A DNA stretch of 64,000 nt, taken from Dudresnaya verticillata (Eukaryota). The position numbers were made by a program, and so were the translations under genes. The stretch is from NCBI GenBank assembly GCA_977862235.1, contig OZ374565.1, positions 310,001 to 374,000 of the forward strand. The letters run 5' to 3'. Below, piece after piece: positions 34,188 through 46,215 of this stretch; the stretch's first letter is position 1, and every line of letters begins with the position of its first letter. The notes below the pieces were generated by a model. The model had not been told where the DNA came from, did no database searches, and saw only the letters and a program-made list of their open reading frames with translations.

Positions 34188-35171
34188 TATGGTGCAAATT
34201 ATCCAACGCCGCTGGCGCTCTGTACCGTCCTAGACGGATAGCTCCCGTCTTTGACGTTTCTACCGCCTTTGGGGACTGGGATTGAGCTCGAGGCGCGAAC
34301 CCGCTCGTGATCCCTGTTTCCGCCGATGGCGCTAGTCATTCGACTTTGTCGGGCAACTTGGTCAAGAACCAGACCTCCCGCTCACAGCGGATAGTGACGG
34401 CAATGTCGGGTTGAGAGAACGCGTGAGGTGTAGTTACTGGGTCACGCTGCTGCGACCCGTGGCATACTTGCACACGTGGCACGTGTCACAGGGCAGCGGA
34501 GGACAATGGGACCAAGAGTCTGTAACCGCGGTGCGTGAACACGTGTAGGTGTAAGCATTAGCGCGGCGCGCGCGGTGGCGTGGGCAAACGTGTCAGGCGC
34601 GCGGCTGCATTCCGAGGGCGCTTGTCACACGCACGACGGAACGACACGTGTCCTGAGTTCCCGCGCGCCGCAGCGCCACCGCCGTCGCCCACGCAGCAGT
34701 AGTAATACTTAGATAACCCGTCTAGGACGTCCCAGTAAACCCCGGCAAGCCGGTATGCCTTCACACTTCGCCCCTTCGCTCGTTAGCGTCACTGCCGCTA
34801 CCGACGTTGGCTACGCGTTGCGACGATCGCGCTTCCGCGTCAATGTCCGTCTTTGACGTGTATCCCCTTTTGTTTCCCCCTTTATGGCCTTGGTAGCCGA
34901 ATGCCCCTTCCCGCTAGTGTGTGCGTCGCCACCGCTTCCGTTAGGCAAAGCGTCGGTACCACCGTCCCTCCACGTGCAACACCGTCGTTGACGTGTTTCC
35001 ATTTCCGTCTTGTCTCGTTTCTTTGGTTTCGATCTACCTACCGCCCAGGGAGTTTACAGTCCGCCTTGTGGCGTTGTCCATGCTCTACCACCCCTACCGT
35101 CTCTGACGTGCTACCCGCCGGGTCTCGAACTGCCCGGGCATGTTTTTCCGTCCTAGACGTTTTGCACCACA
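34188..35171 (+). repeat. 3' LTR B (~984 bp)
   Basis: PPT ggaaggggg, then TATGGTGCAAA (TG mutated) ... TTTGCACCACA. Confidence 0.75.
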
Positions 35172-35606
35172 TCTGACACGTCGTCGTCGCCATGCAGCCG
35201 CGCGCGCGGGAGCTCAGGAGTAGCTTACAGGCGCATGCGTGTAGCATTGTGGGTGATCCGGATTCGGATCCAGATCCCTACCAGCATTGCTGGCGCGCGG
35301 CCATTACAGGCGCGCTCCTTACATCACTGTGGATCCCGATGCCGGATCCCGATGTCCCATCCGGATCCGATCCGGATCCGGGCCAGGCTTACAGGCGTGC
35401 GCCTTGCGCCTGGCCGATCCGGATCGTGCATCTGGATCTGGCCGTACAGTGGGCGCGTGCGCCGCGCCGGGTAACGGCGGCCGTATGCCCGTGGGCCAAC
35501 CGTCCATGACGTGTTCGCTCGCCAACGGCGGTCGACGTGCCGTCAGTAGACGTTGGTATATAATACGCTCACAGAGAAAAAGGGGCAGCCCTCCCCTTGC
35601 ACTACA

Positions 35607-38300
35607 AGCACGTGTTTCGCCTCCCTGGATTTCGTGTCGGGTTATTGGCAGCTTCCACCGCATCCCGATTCCTACACCGCGTGTGGCGTCATCACACCGC
35701 GCGGGGTAATGATATCAAAACGCGTGTTGGATGATCTGGCGAACGCCCTGGCTTTTTCCAGAGCTCGGTCGAGCCTCTATTCGCCAGCCTGCGTGATTTT
35801 CTGAAGGCATGGCTGGACGATTTCAGCCTTCACGCCCCATCCCAGGAGATTCTTTTGGACAATCTCGAGATTTTTCTCTGCATTTGTAAGGAGAAGAGAT
35901 TGTGGCTTTCCGCACGGAAATGCAAACTCTTTCGCAAGAAACTTCGCTGGTACGGTCGCATTGTGTCTGGAGAAGGGTACACACTCGACCCCACACGTCT
36001 TTCGGGTTTGCAAGAAATGGGAACCCCGAAGACTGCGGAAGAACTTGCGCAGTTCATCTACTGCTATCGCTGGATGTCGCTCGCCATCCCCGACTTCGCG
36101 CGCCGCATCGCGCCGCTCAACAACATCTGGGAAGAGGCGTACGCCAAATCTGGAAGCGTACGAAGAGATCTATCCGCACGATCGCGCTCAGTAACCTGTC
36201 TTGGGGGTCCCCGCATGAGAAGGCCTTTCTCGATCTTCAAGACAGCCTACGGACCGCTGTCACCCTCTCTTATCCGGATCCGGACAAAGCTATTTGCGTA
36301 TTCACCGATGCGTCCGAACGGTTCTGGTCTGTCGTTGCCACGCAGTGCGACGAATTAGATCTGAAGAAGCCGGTCGGCGAACAGAAGCATGAACCCCTCG
36401 CATTTTTGGGTTCCCAGTTTACAGGCGCATCGTTGAACTGGTATACCTTCGAGAAAGAAGGATTCGCGGTGTTCCAGACCTTTGAGAAACTCGACTACAT
36501 GCTGCTTGGTCACGCGCGTACTCACGCGTTCACGGATCATCGAAATCTAATGTTCGTGTTCGCACCTCTTGCGCTGGAACCAGCTCTTGGAAGGCACATT
36601 GTCTCAAAAGTTCAACGTTGGGCTCTGTACTTGTCCAAGTTCAGCTACGTCATTGAGCACATCAAGGGAGAAGAAAATGTGTTTGCAGATATTCTTACTC
36701 GCTGGGTCAAGGGCTACCGCAACGAGAAGTCAATGCTATGCAGCGTTATACTCGGAGAAGCTGAACAGCTCATCCCTGCCGCCGACGCAATTGTCTGGCC
36801 GGATATCGAAGTGATTCGCGACTCACAAGCGTCTCACACACGCACTGAAGGAGTTCTCCTTGACGAGGATGACAGATTGTGGAAGAAAAGAAATCTCTTC
36901 TAGATTCCGAAGGAGGACCTCGAACTCAAGCTCACAGTAATTGTGTGTTCACACTGTGGTACAATCGGACACCGAGGTATGGATGCAACCAAGAGCATCA
37001 TACTCGAGAACTTTTGGTGGGAGACCAAGAAGGAGGATGTCGACGAGTTGGCTCGCGGATGCCTACACTGCATCGTAACTCGTACGGGGGAGATCGTCCC
37101 GAGACCGCTCGGACACGCTCTGCACGGCGAACGCCCTAATGAAGTTGTCCACGCCGATTTCCTTTCCATGGGTCAAGGTGTGGACGAGAAGAAATACGTC
37201 CTCATCATACGGGACGACTTGTCCTCGTAAATCTGGCTTTGGCCAACAGACGAGGCGGACGCCAACGCTGCCGCTGCTGTCCTGAACTCCTGGGTTGGCA
37301 GCTTTAGTTCTATGGATTGGCTGGTCAGCGATCAGGGCTCCCATTTCAAGAACAAACTACGCAAGGAGATGGTGGAAGAACTGCGTTCGCAACATCATTT
37401 CACCACGGCTTATTCTCCGTGGGCGAACGGTTCCGTCGAGAGAGTTTGCCGCGAAGTCCTTCGTGCGTGCCGCGCGCTGCTCAGCGAATGGAAGCTATCG
37501 CCGAAGGATTGGCCTACAGTAACCGAGTAGAACATCATCAATCAAGCTCCGCTTCGGAAGCTCGGCTTCGCGACGTGGAAGTGCCAGGTGTACACCGCAC
37601 TCCGCTCGAGGTCTTCACAGGACATCGATCTGTGCGTCCTCTACTGAGAGCCTTACCGAAGAACAAGTACCGGTCGGCCAAAACAATCGAAGAGCTACGC
37701 GCACGCGCGCTTCTAAACATTGATCAACTCCAGGATGCGTTGTTCAACGTTCATCGAGATGTGAAAGAGATCTCAAGTGCTGCGCGGAAGAGAAAGGTTG
37801 ACCAACACAACAAGCGCACGAACGTTCACCGCGCTAACTTCATCGAAGGCGACTTTGTCCTCGTTCATCGCGCTCAGCCCGGTGGACACATGCTGAAATT
37901 GGTTTGGCGAGGACCTCGCCGCGTCACACAAGTCCGTTCGGAATGGGTCTTCGAGATACAGAACCTCATAACGGACAAAAGGGAAGTGGTGCACGCGCGC
38001 CGCTTACACCTTTACCGCTCGGATATGGATGGCAAGGAAGTCCTTCCTGCACTGCTTAAAGCTGCGGAGCACTCCGAGACAAGCTACCAGATTGCCGAAC
38101 AAATACGCGGCATCAGCGAAGTTGATGGGAACTCCAGATTCACTTGGAGTGGAGTGGGCTCCCCGATGAGGTCGACTGGACCTGGGAAACCTTTCGCCAA
38201 GTCTTCGAGGACATGCCTGGACTGCTCGAAGATTTTCTCCACACTGCCGGGACCCGCAGTCTCAAACGACGCGCGCTCGCGCAATGCAATTTCTCGTAAC
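35607..38300 (+). pseudogene. RT C-terminal part, RNase H, integrase and chromodomain of the Ty3/gypsy element
   Basis: LDFVSGYWQ and AWLDD; RNase H FTDAS, EKEGFAV, TDHRNL, NVFADILTR; integrase H-x5-H...CLHC, HADF, SDQGSHF, NGSVER; chromo-like LEWSGLPDEVDWTWE. Several stops and frameshifts. Confidence 0.93.
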
Positions 38301-38340
38301 CAAGCTTCTTTGTTCACGCTGAACAGAAGCTTGGGGGCAC

Positions 38341-38950
38341 TGTTACACATAGCGCTCGCACTGTTTGGGAGCACTCCCTACAATGGGATCCCAAAGCGCA
38401 CACGCGACGCTGCAGGGTAATTCCCTAGAATGGGAGCCTGCTGGGGAACGCACTGCTGAACAATGGCAGACCCCACGGCCGATCATGGCTATCGCGCACA
38501 GACCTGGTGAACCTGCACAAGGCAGAACTGCCGGTCTGACAAGGCGAATTTGCGTCCCTTCGGACAACCCTCTACATCTTATTGGCTAACTCTCAGGGTC
38601 CCCTAACAACAGGATTCAGACCTGAATGACTTTCCGTCCGTCCCCGACCCTCTGTGGGACGGCGGGTGTGAACACATCCACCTGTTCAGGTCTATCTGAC
38701 TTGGAGCGGATCCCGCGAGCATGCGGGCCACAAATACTGTGGGTCGCTTTGAGCCGTCCGGCTGTAGAAATAATAAAGGCAGCACGCTGGCGTCGAACGA
38801 CGACGACGAGGGACAACACACCACTCCTCATCCACGCCGTGACTTTGCCTTCCACTTTGCCAACCCCAACTTTCTCTCTACCGACCTTTTACTTTTCCTT
38901 TTCGCGTTCGCGATCTACTGCTTCGAAGGCAAAAGCGGTTACGCGTCACA
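38341..38950 (+). repeat. 3' LTR (610 bp)
   Basis: Direct repeat of 24981-25590, preceded by ttgggggcac. Confidence 0.95.
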
Positions 38951-41900
38951 AGAGCAATGAGGAAGCGATGATTCTTTTTAATGAATGTGTACGGTGGTCT
39001 TATGCGTGGGGCTGTTCCCGACAGGCAAGCATACCGGTGGGGTTTGGGTCTATCCTATGGAAGGGTTTGAGTTATGTGAGAACCTAAAGGGTTTTTTGGG
39101 GGACCCGAAAGGGTAAATTCGTGCCTGCAGGCGTCTCGGATGGACGAGATTGCACCGACGATGGCGCAGAGATTACATGCGCCAAGTGATGGTAGCGAAA
39201 GGGCTTTCAGAGAATGGGCCAGGAGTTGGGCTTCTTCGTCGAAAAATGGGTACCGAGGCGGGATGAGGAACGTCCAGACGTGCCACTGATTTCCGCTTTC
39301 CTCCTCTGCGGTTCGACAACTTCAAGACAGGTGCTAACCGGTTTGCAGAGTACACAGGGCCAGGGAATCGCCCAGATAATTCCGCAAACCATTCTTGTAG
39401 CAGCGCTTCGCGCAATTCCCTCTGCGCTCCTGTGTGTCGGGGTGCTTGGCACCAAAAACACGTTGTGTAGTCTTAACAGCAAGTGTTATTTGAGCAAGCC
39501 GGGAGCTCAGAAGTTTTGCTACGTCAACAAGGTTTCGTAACCCGCGCGCATCATAGTGCCCTAAAACGTATGCTGAGCGTTAGAAAAGGATGTTCGATGC
39601 GGAAGAGGTCCCTGAGATCCTGCTAACGTGTGGCAGTGGTAACAAAATTGCCGTCAGGAACGCAAAAGCTGCTCTAGAAGTCACTCAGAGGGACACAGGT
39701 GTAGAGAAACCTCGGGGTAGAGGACAGGAGTCCGTCTACAGTACGTTTAATGTGGTGAAGTGGGGTCGGCTGCGTACGAGCGCAGATGAAGTGCCTAGAT
39801 ACGCAGGGTAGTGTGCAATCGCAAGCGTAGGTTCAGATGCCGCAGGTCTTCACTTAGGCTGAAATGTATAGGACTATTGCCGATTGGCATCACAACACTT
39901 TACGTATTTGTACAGACGGACCTACGCTGTATAGCGACTAACTTACCCAAGAGCCGGCAGCTCACACTGTTGCTCAGTCAGCAGTGGCTGCGACGCTTCC
40001 CCGGCTCGGGTTCACGGAGAGCGCCTCTGGGTGGCGCTTCGGCCAAAAGACACAGCCAATCATGGCGGTTTACATTTACGGTGCCGTCACGAAACGCAAA
40101 CCGCGAAGCTCCGCACCAATTACAAAGCGGAGCGCCGCTTAACATTAATTTTGTGCACTCTACAGTACGCACTGTACTCTAATTTATGGGAAAATTCCCC
40201 CGGTCAAGGACACGCGATGGACTCCGCGATAAGTTAGAGCGAGGATGGTATGCCGCGGCACGGAGGGGAAGGGTATTCGGTCAATGCAAAGTTTACTTAG
40301 GCGTTACAACGCGGAAAGGTCCACTAGCTAATCGGGCGCTCCCCCACTCACACCAATCTACTATCCCTAGGGAGCGTCCGATGCGAGCACTACAATGAGG
40401 AAATGACGTCAGTCCGAGTCAGAGTCCATTAGGTCAATGACTTCGTTTGGGCGCAACGGCGGATTCGCAACGGGGCCTTGCCCTGGCATCATGGTCACGC
40501 GACGGACCTCGCGTACCATGCGACGACCGCGGCCGCGCCGAGCTCCGACTCCCCGCGCCGTAACTTCACCACCCGCCTCGCTAGGCCCGGAATCTCCATC
40601 GCCAGACGGCGCGTCACCCTCCTGGACACCCATGTCCTCTTCCTAGAGCTCCTCCTTGAGCAGCAGCTCCGTCTTGACAATAACCTCTTGCGGCTCAGCC
40701 GCCGCCGGGGGAGATTCAACGGCGTTAGCAGGAAGGGTCAGCTCGAGTTGCAAACCATGGCCAGCGGGCACTTCTGGCACGGGTAGGTTGACCGTTACCT
40801 CCATGGGTGAAGAAGTCGGGGCGCTCTCCTCAACGGCTCCTACCGCCAGCTGCGAAGCTGCAGCGGTTGGAGAATTGGTATGCGGACCCGAGGTAGCGAC
40901 GGAAGACCCTTCACGCGGAACAGCGGATGTATCGGCAAGCGTGCCCTCGCGCGGATCCGCACCCTGTCTACCACCGACTGGTGCCACGGGAGCACCCATA
41001 CTTGGCAGCGAAACAGCGCGACTGTCTTGATGACCCAAGCCCAAACGGGAACGGCGCTGAAGTCGCGGGTCTCTTGAAACGGAAGCGGAAGCTGAGGCGC
41101 TCGGCGCGCTCGCCGCAGCTGAAGGATCTGCCACAGCGGAACCCAACACACTCGGCGCGCTCGCCGCAGCCGAAGGGCCTGGAGCCACGGCACTCGTCGG
41201 AGCTTCCTGAGCCTGCTCCGACTCCACGACGGTCTGCTGACCGACAGGCGGAAGCGCGGCTAACGACGCCTTCAACGCCTCGATGGGCCCCGGTGAGCTC
41301 ACCCAGTTCGACTCATAGTTGCAAAGGACGTCTTCGACCCAATCCGCGAGACTGTAGAGAGTCAGATGGGTCACCTCCCAATGGACAGCCAAGCGGATGG
41401 CGAGACCTCGACGGTTGAATAAGTCCCGAATGGCGGCATCAGCCCTTGCGACGTTTCGCACTCTGGGTGCGTACGGACCCTGGGGCTGTCCCGACACAGT
41501 AGTGTCCATCGGCGGCACGTCAGCCGGAGTCGCGGGAGCCTCGCCGGAAGCACTATGCCAGTCTTTGGTGTAACCAGTCATGCGCTCACCGGTGTCAACG
41601 AGAAGCGTCTCACCTTCGGCGGGTTGCGGTTGCAGCAGATACTACGGTAGGAGAGGGTGCCACTGCACCGGGTCGAAGTCGACCCAATCACCACGGTCGT
41701 ACACCGGCGTCACAAACCCGGTGTCCTCCGGAAGGTAGCGATTGCGCTTGCTCACACGACTCCAACGAATGCGTTCGACGAACACGAGGAGCGCCTCCAA
41801 ATCCGTAGCGTCGACAGCTGTCGTGGTGAGTAGGCCAATTCCAAGTCCCCGGATCTCGGTGCGCAGACCTGCGTTGATGTAATACAAGTACCCCCGACGG

Positions 41901-44315
41901 GCTTCATACATGAAGGTCTGCGCCACCATCACCACCCATTCGCTACGGAAGATCATCCACAAGAGGCCATGATGATAGCTTTCGTGCATCATATCAAGGC
42001 CTCTATACGCCACGACTGGGGGTGTGCCGACAGGCATGGAGTAGGAAACTTCGTACTCACGATGATCCGTGGGAATAGGGACGTACTTCCCCGTGTAGAA
42101 CTCGGGCTTGATGGCCACCACTTCTTGGCAGTGCGCCGGCACGAAGCACCCGGTCCGATGACGATGACGACGCTCGAAGCGAAGGAGCTCGCGAGACATC
42201 ACTGTCTGCGGATTGTCCAATGCGTACTTGAAGTTGGACGTCTCGTCCCACCACGTAATGCGCGCCATCGTGAATGGATAGTTATCCCGACCGGGGCGGA
42301 TGAGTGGTCGTTCAAAAGCGACCAACTCCAGGCTGTAGCCTCCCTTCGCGTGGAACTCAATCAGCTCCGGCATGAACTCCATGAAGGCTTGAGAGTGGTG
42401 CTCCACGTAACGTTGCTCGAAGAGGAAGCGCACCATCGCGAGGTCCCACTTGTGGTTCGTTGGCAACGGCGGAAGCGCGATATTGGTCCCTCGCAGGATA
42501 CCAATTCGCTCACGAATGAGAAACTCCCACGAGCGGGCTTGAGCGCGATGACGGCCATAACGGCGGATATCTTCACGACGCGCACCGGCGGTGGCCCGAA
42601 TATGGGTGAGGTCCGTTCGGAGCAGCCAGTCGCGGCTCTTCGTGATAGACAAAGGCACACCTGCCGCATCAACGCCAAACCCGAGGACAGCCGAGCTAGA
42701 GCCCGCCTGCCCATACGGGAGGTTGGGAGTCGTCGCCATGCGGGCCGAAAAGAGTAGTGAAGCGGAGCGCCGCGCGGATGAGATCTTCTACTTGAGTTCT
42801 TCTCCCTGAAGCTTGAAAACTTGAAGGTCTTCTGCCTGAGGTCTTCTACCTGAAAGCTTGAGCCTGAGACTTGATGGTCTTCTCCCTGAGATTCTTGAAG
42901 GTGTAGCAACACCGGCACAACCGGCCGCGCCAACAAGGCGATGAGAAGCGACGGCGAAGCGCGCAGTCGCGTGAGCACCGCTCCGAAGCAGCTCGCGGAA
43001 GCGCCGCTGCGTACGACGCCGTGCAGGGAAGGGCGAGCGCGATTCGCGTTATGAAAGGAAAGACGCGCACGCCGCGTGGGAGTAATGAAGGATGAAGGCC
43101 GGAGGGCGACAAAGGAGGAGAGAGAAGGAAGCCGATGGCGCAGCGCAGCTGGGAACGTTGAAGAGCGTTGAGTTGCTGCGGGCTGTTGATGCCGAGACGT
43201 GAGAAGTCGCAATCGGGTTGCAACCCTTTGCTTATATAGCCGCGCCGCCGCGCCAAAATTGGCTCACGCAAACTCGTGAGCCGCAATGCTCACGAGTCGC
43301 CGACGTCGAGACGGGCGTGCCCGCACACTGAGGTGATGGTCCGCGATGACACGCATGTAACCCGGGCCTGCACGGCCGCTGGCCCGACTTAATTCCCCAC
43401 CGGGCGCGATACATAGACAGACGTTGGGCGCTCAACCGCTCAGGAAGGAGATTTAAGATTCAGAAACCGCCAATCATAGCCTCGCGGGCCGCTTCGGTCT
43501 TCAGAGGGGGGCTGTGTGGCAGTATGGACGCTGTCAGCAGAAGGGCTTACAGAAGCGCACTTCTTTTCGCGGGACAGACTGTCCCTTAATCAGGACAGCT
43601 GTCCTTTCATCGCTGTACACGTGGATGACACTTGGGATACACGTGTGTACACGTGGACTTACAGCTGCACACGTGGCATACACGTGGCCTTGTAATGACG
43701 CCAGTTGGGCGTCTCGTATTGGCTGATTTATGACGCGCCGCTGCGCTCCTACTCACGGACGAGGAGCACCTCTGCGCTCAGGGTATCGACAGTGCAGCCG
43801 GGACCTCGGCTTGCGCACCGGCGCATCCGCCACCAAGTCCCCTAACTGGAATGCATTCCCACTTTTGACTTGTACTGACTGTACTAATCTTTGTATCTAT
43901 AATCGTAGACTAACTTATACCCCCTTTTGGGCTGATAGAGTTTTCGGCTGTCAAGCCCTACTTATGGGCGCCGGAATAGCCGGCGCCCTCAGAATAAACA
44001 CTCAGCGGAGTTGTCCGGGAAGTTTCCATCTTTTGGTCGCTCGGACGCTCCGCGCCTGCAGGGGTCGCCCAGTACAGGTCCGGACATCGTACGACAAGTA
44101 CTCTACGAAACACCGGGTCGCAACCTCTATACTTTCCTTCAGTCGGTCGCGCCGAGTCTTTACCTTGCTTCCGCACCCCCCCTTTCGGGTCATCAGGGCC
44201 CGCCTTTTCCAAGCCTCTACCAATCCTCCCTCGAGCTACCACCAATTAGCGTGTGACATCGGACAGCTGTCTTTTCTTGTTCTTTGCTGTTTCTGGCCGC
44301 TGCCATACTGCTACA
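38951..44315 (+). mobile_element. 5'-truncated LTR retrotransposon: internal region with antisense ORF plus 3' LTR (43515-44315)
   Basis: PPT and LTR as at 2301-3113. No matching 5' LTR in the window. The left boundary is inferred. Confidence 0.6.
40409..42739 (-). pseudogene. Single ~776-codon antisense ORF interrupted by two in-frame TAG codons
   Basis: ORFs 41642-42739, 40643-41581 and 40409-40633 share one frame, with stop-free gaps of 60 and 9 nt. Confidence 0.7.
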
Positions 44316-44641
44316 GCTCACACCGCGGAAGGGCAAGGCTAAGGTTGATAAGAACAACAGGTCCAAAGACGGTCAGAAAGGCAGTGCTACCGACCGGGGA
44401 AACTCCGTAAACAATGCAGGGAAGGACCGGGAACGTCCTGCGCCTATTTTTCTAAACGAGGTCTGTGCGAAGAAGTGGAAGCTCCATCCTGGAGGGGTTC
44501 GTAATTGCCCGTTCACCGACCCTGAGAAGGCTGAGGCCGTGATCAAGGAACACATTACCCGCAAGTGAGATAAGGCTGAGGAGGCAAGGCAGGTTCGCTT
44601 CGACCAACAAGACATTTATGTGAATACTACGCTAATGGGAG

Positions 44642-45315
44642 TGTGGTGTAGTGAGCCGAGGCGCGCATGCGGCACGCCGACGGCGAGCGAACCGTAACGG
44701 GTGATGTGGCAATACGCCACGCTGATGATCTGGCAACTGTAATCGTGGCGGGTGTGTGCGCATTACTGTGCACTTGTCTGCATCGCTGTACTGTAAGTGG
44801 AGCGCACCAAACGTAGCGGAGTATTTGTAGTCTTTATTCTTTATTTTTAGTGAGTCTGTGTACAGTGTGTAGAGTAGCGCGCCAGCCAATGAGAATGCTG
44901 CGCATGTCCGTGTCGGAGATTCGGACCAGCAGGGCCAATTCCACCATAGGACCAGACCACTAGGGTCCGGCCCCCACGGACCGGACCGCTCGGTGCCACC
45001 CTGACTTGTATATCAGGGCGGCACCGCAGCGGCTCCTAAGGTAAAGGGGTAAGCAACCTTAGCCCAATCCTTTGCGGTTTTCCCCGCGCCGAGCCCGTTG
45101 CAGTCTACCACCACCACCGTTACGGAGTCCGTCCCGGCACTTGTACCACCCCCTTGTCTGTTGCTTCCGAATATCCGTCTCGGTTAGCCGCTCGCTGTAC
45201 TCCCGTTTCGGTGCGAACTGCTCTACCACCCCGTGGAGGTAGTGTTGCTCTCGTCCGTTAAGGAAAGTCAGGCCAGCTGTCCGTCTCGGAGTTCGTTGGT
45301 TTTCACTACACCACA
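44642..45315 (+). mobile_element. Solo LTR, TSD GGGAG (copy 2)
   Basis: Duplicate of 3440-4113. The 13-bp terminal inverted repeat is perfect in this copy. Confidence 0.92.
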
Positions 45316-45441
45316 GGGAGCTACATTCGCTGGGCTAGTGGAACGCACGACGTGTGCTGATGGCGTTTCAGACATAAATTTGATGCCGCCAGGACTGTAT
45401 GCCACACTTCTAGAGAAGAGAGCAGACATGTCAGTGAAGAC

Positions 45442-46215
45442 TGTAATATAGACGTCGGGTCGATCTGACGTCTGGTACTTGCTGGTCCGAAGCCGCCAAA
45501 CAGACCCGTCGATGGGTAGCTGTTGGGGTTGGTAGAGCGGTGTCGGCCGCGTGCGCCCCGCAGGTGCGGATCGACGACGTCGATGCCGAAGCGCGCACGG
45601 GGCGTACCGTACGTGGGTAGGCAGCGGCCGGATCCCAGCGTTCCTGTCGAAGGGCGGCACGAAGCCGACGGAAAGGAAAAGGAAAGGGGAAAGCCTAGCG
45701 AGGCAAGGTGAAAAAGGGAAACCGCCCGCTGGCGTACGGCATAGGGATCGAACCCGAAAAGGCTGGGGGCAAGCTTCAGCGCGAGCTGTTGCTTACCCGG
45801 TTTACTGAGCCGTCGATGGCCGACGGTCTTAAATACCCTACACTATGTGCACTACGACTAATTCTACAGTAGGTGCGCCCCACAACACCAACGCGGGAGG
45901 TGTGCGAGCGCGCGCCCATACACGTGTCGACACGTCCGGGTAACGGTTACCCGTGGGCGCGCGCGGGGCGTAACGGGCAGCGGCCCTCTCAACGGCTCGA
46001 TGCCGGAGAGCGTCACAGGGGCGCGCCATGTGCGGCACGGCGCGTGGCCGCTGCCGGCAGCAATGCGGTCGACCGCTACTAATTCAACGAAAAAACGAAG
46101 GGCACGCTGCCCAACCACGACTCGCCAGCGGGCGTCATCGTGTGCACCCTTACAGTGCAGAGCTGCCAGCATACCTTACAGCCGCTGCTGGTAGGGTGCT
46201 GACAGCTATACTACA
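45442..46215 (-). mobile_element. Solo LTR, TSD AAGAC (copy 2)
   Basis: Duplicate of 4240-5013. Confidence 0.9.

Larger units (their letters stand above)
28509..35606 (+). mobile_element. 7098-bp non-coding LTR-derived composite element with 435-bp terminal inverted repeats, TSD AGCAC, inserted in RT
   Basis: 28509-28943 is the reverse complement of 35172-35606. AGCAC at 28504-28508 and 35607-35611. Removing it restores RT DFSGSTCFASLDFVSGYWQ. Confidence 0.93.
24981..38950 (+). mobile_element. Full-length but defective Ty3/gypsy chromodomain LTR retrotransposon with two nested insertions
   Basis: 610-bp LTRs at both ends, domain order gag-PR-RT-RH-IN-chromo, and a purine tract before the 3' LTR. 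The flanks (gacag / agagc) do not form a TSD. Confidence 0.95.

Noticed and set aside
28509..35606. DIRS retroelement or autonomous DNA transposon/Polinton
   Set aside because: No tyrosine recombinase, transposase or polymerase ORF. PBS, PPT, TG...CA ends and a 5-bp TSD point to LTR-element origin.
35805..35825. WLDD instead of YxDD in RT as a novelty
   Set aside because: Only a residue-level variant. The other RT here has LLDD and both elements are decayed.
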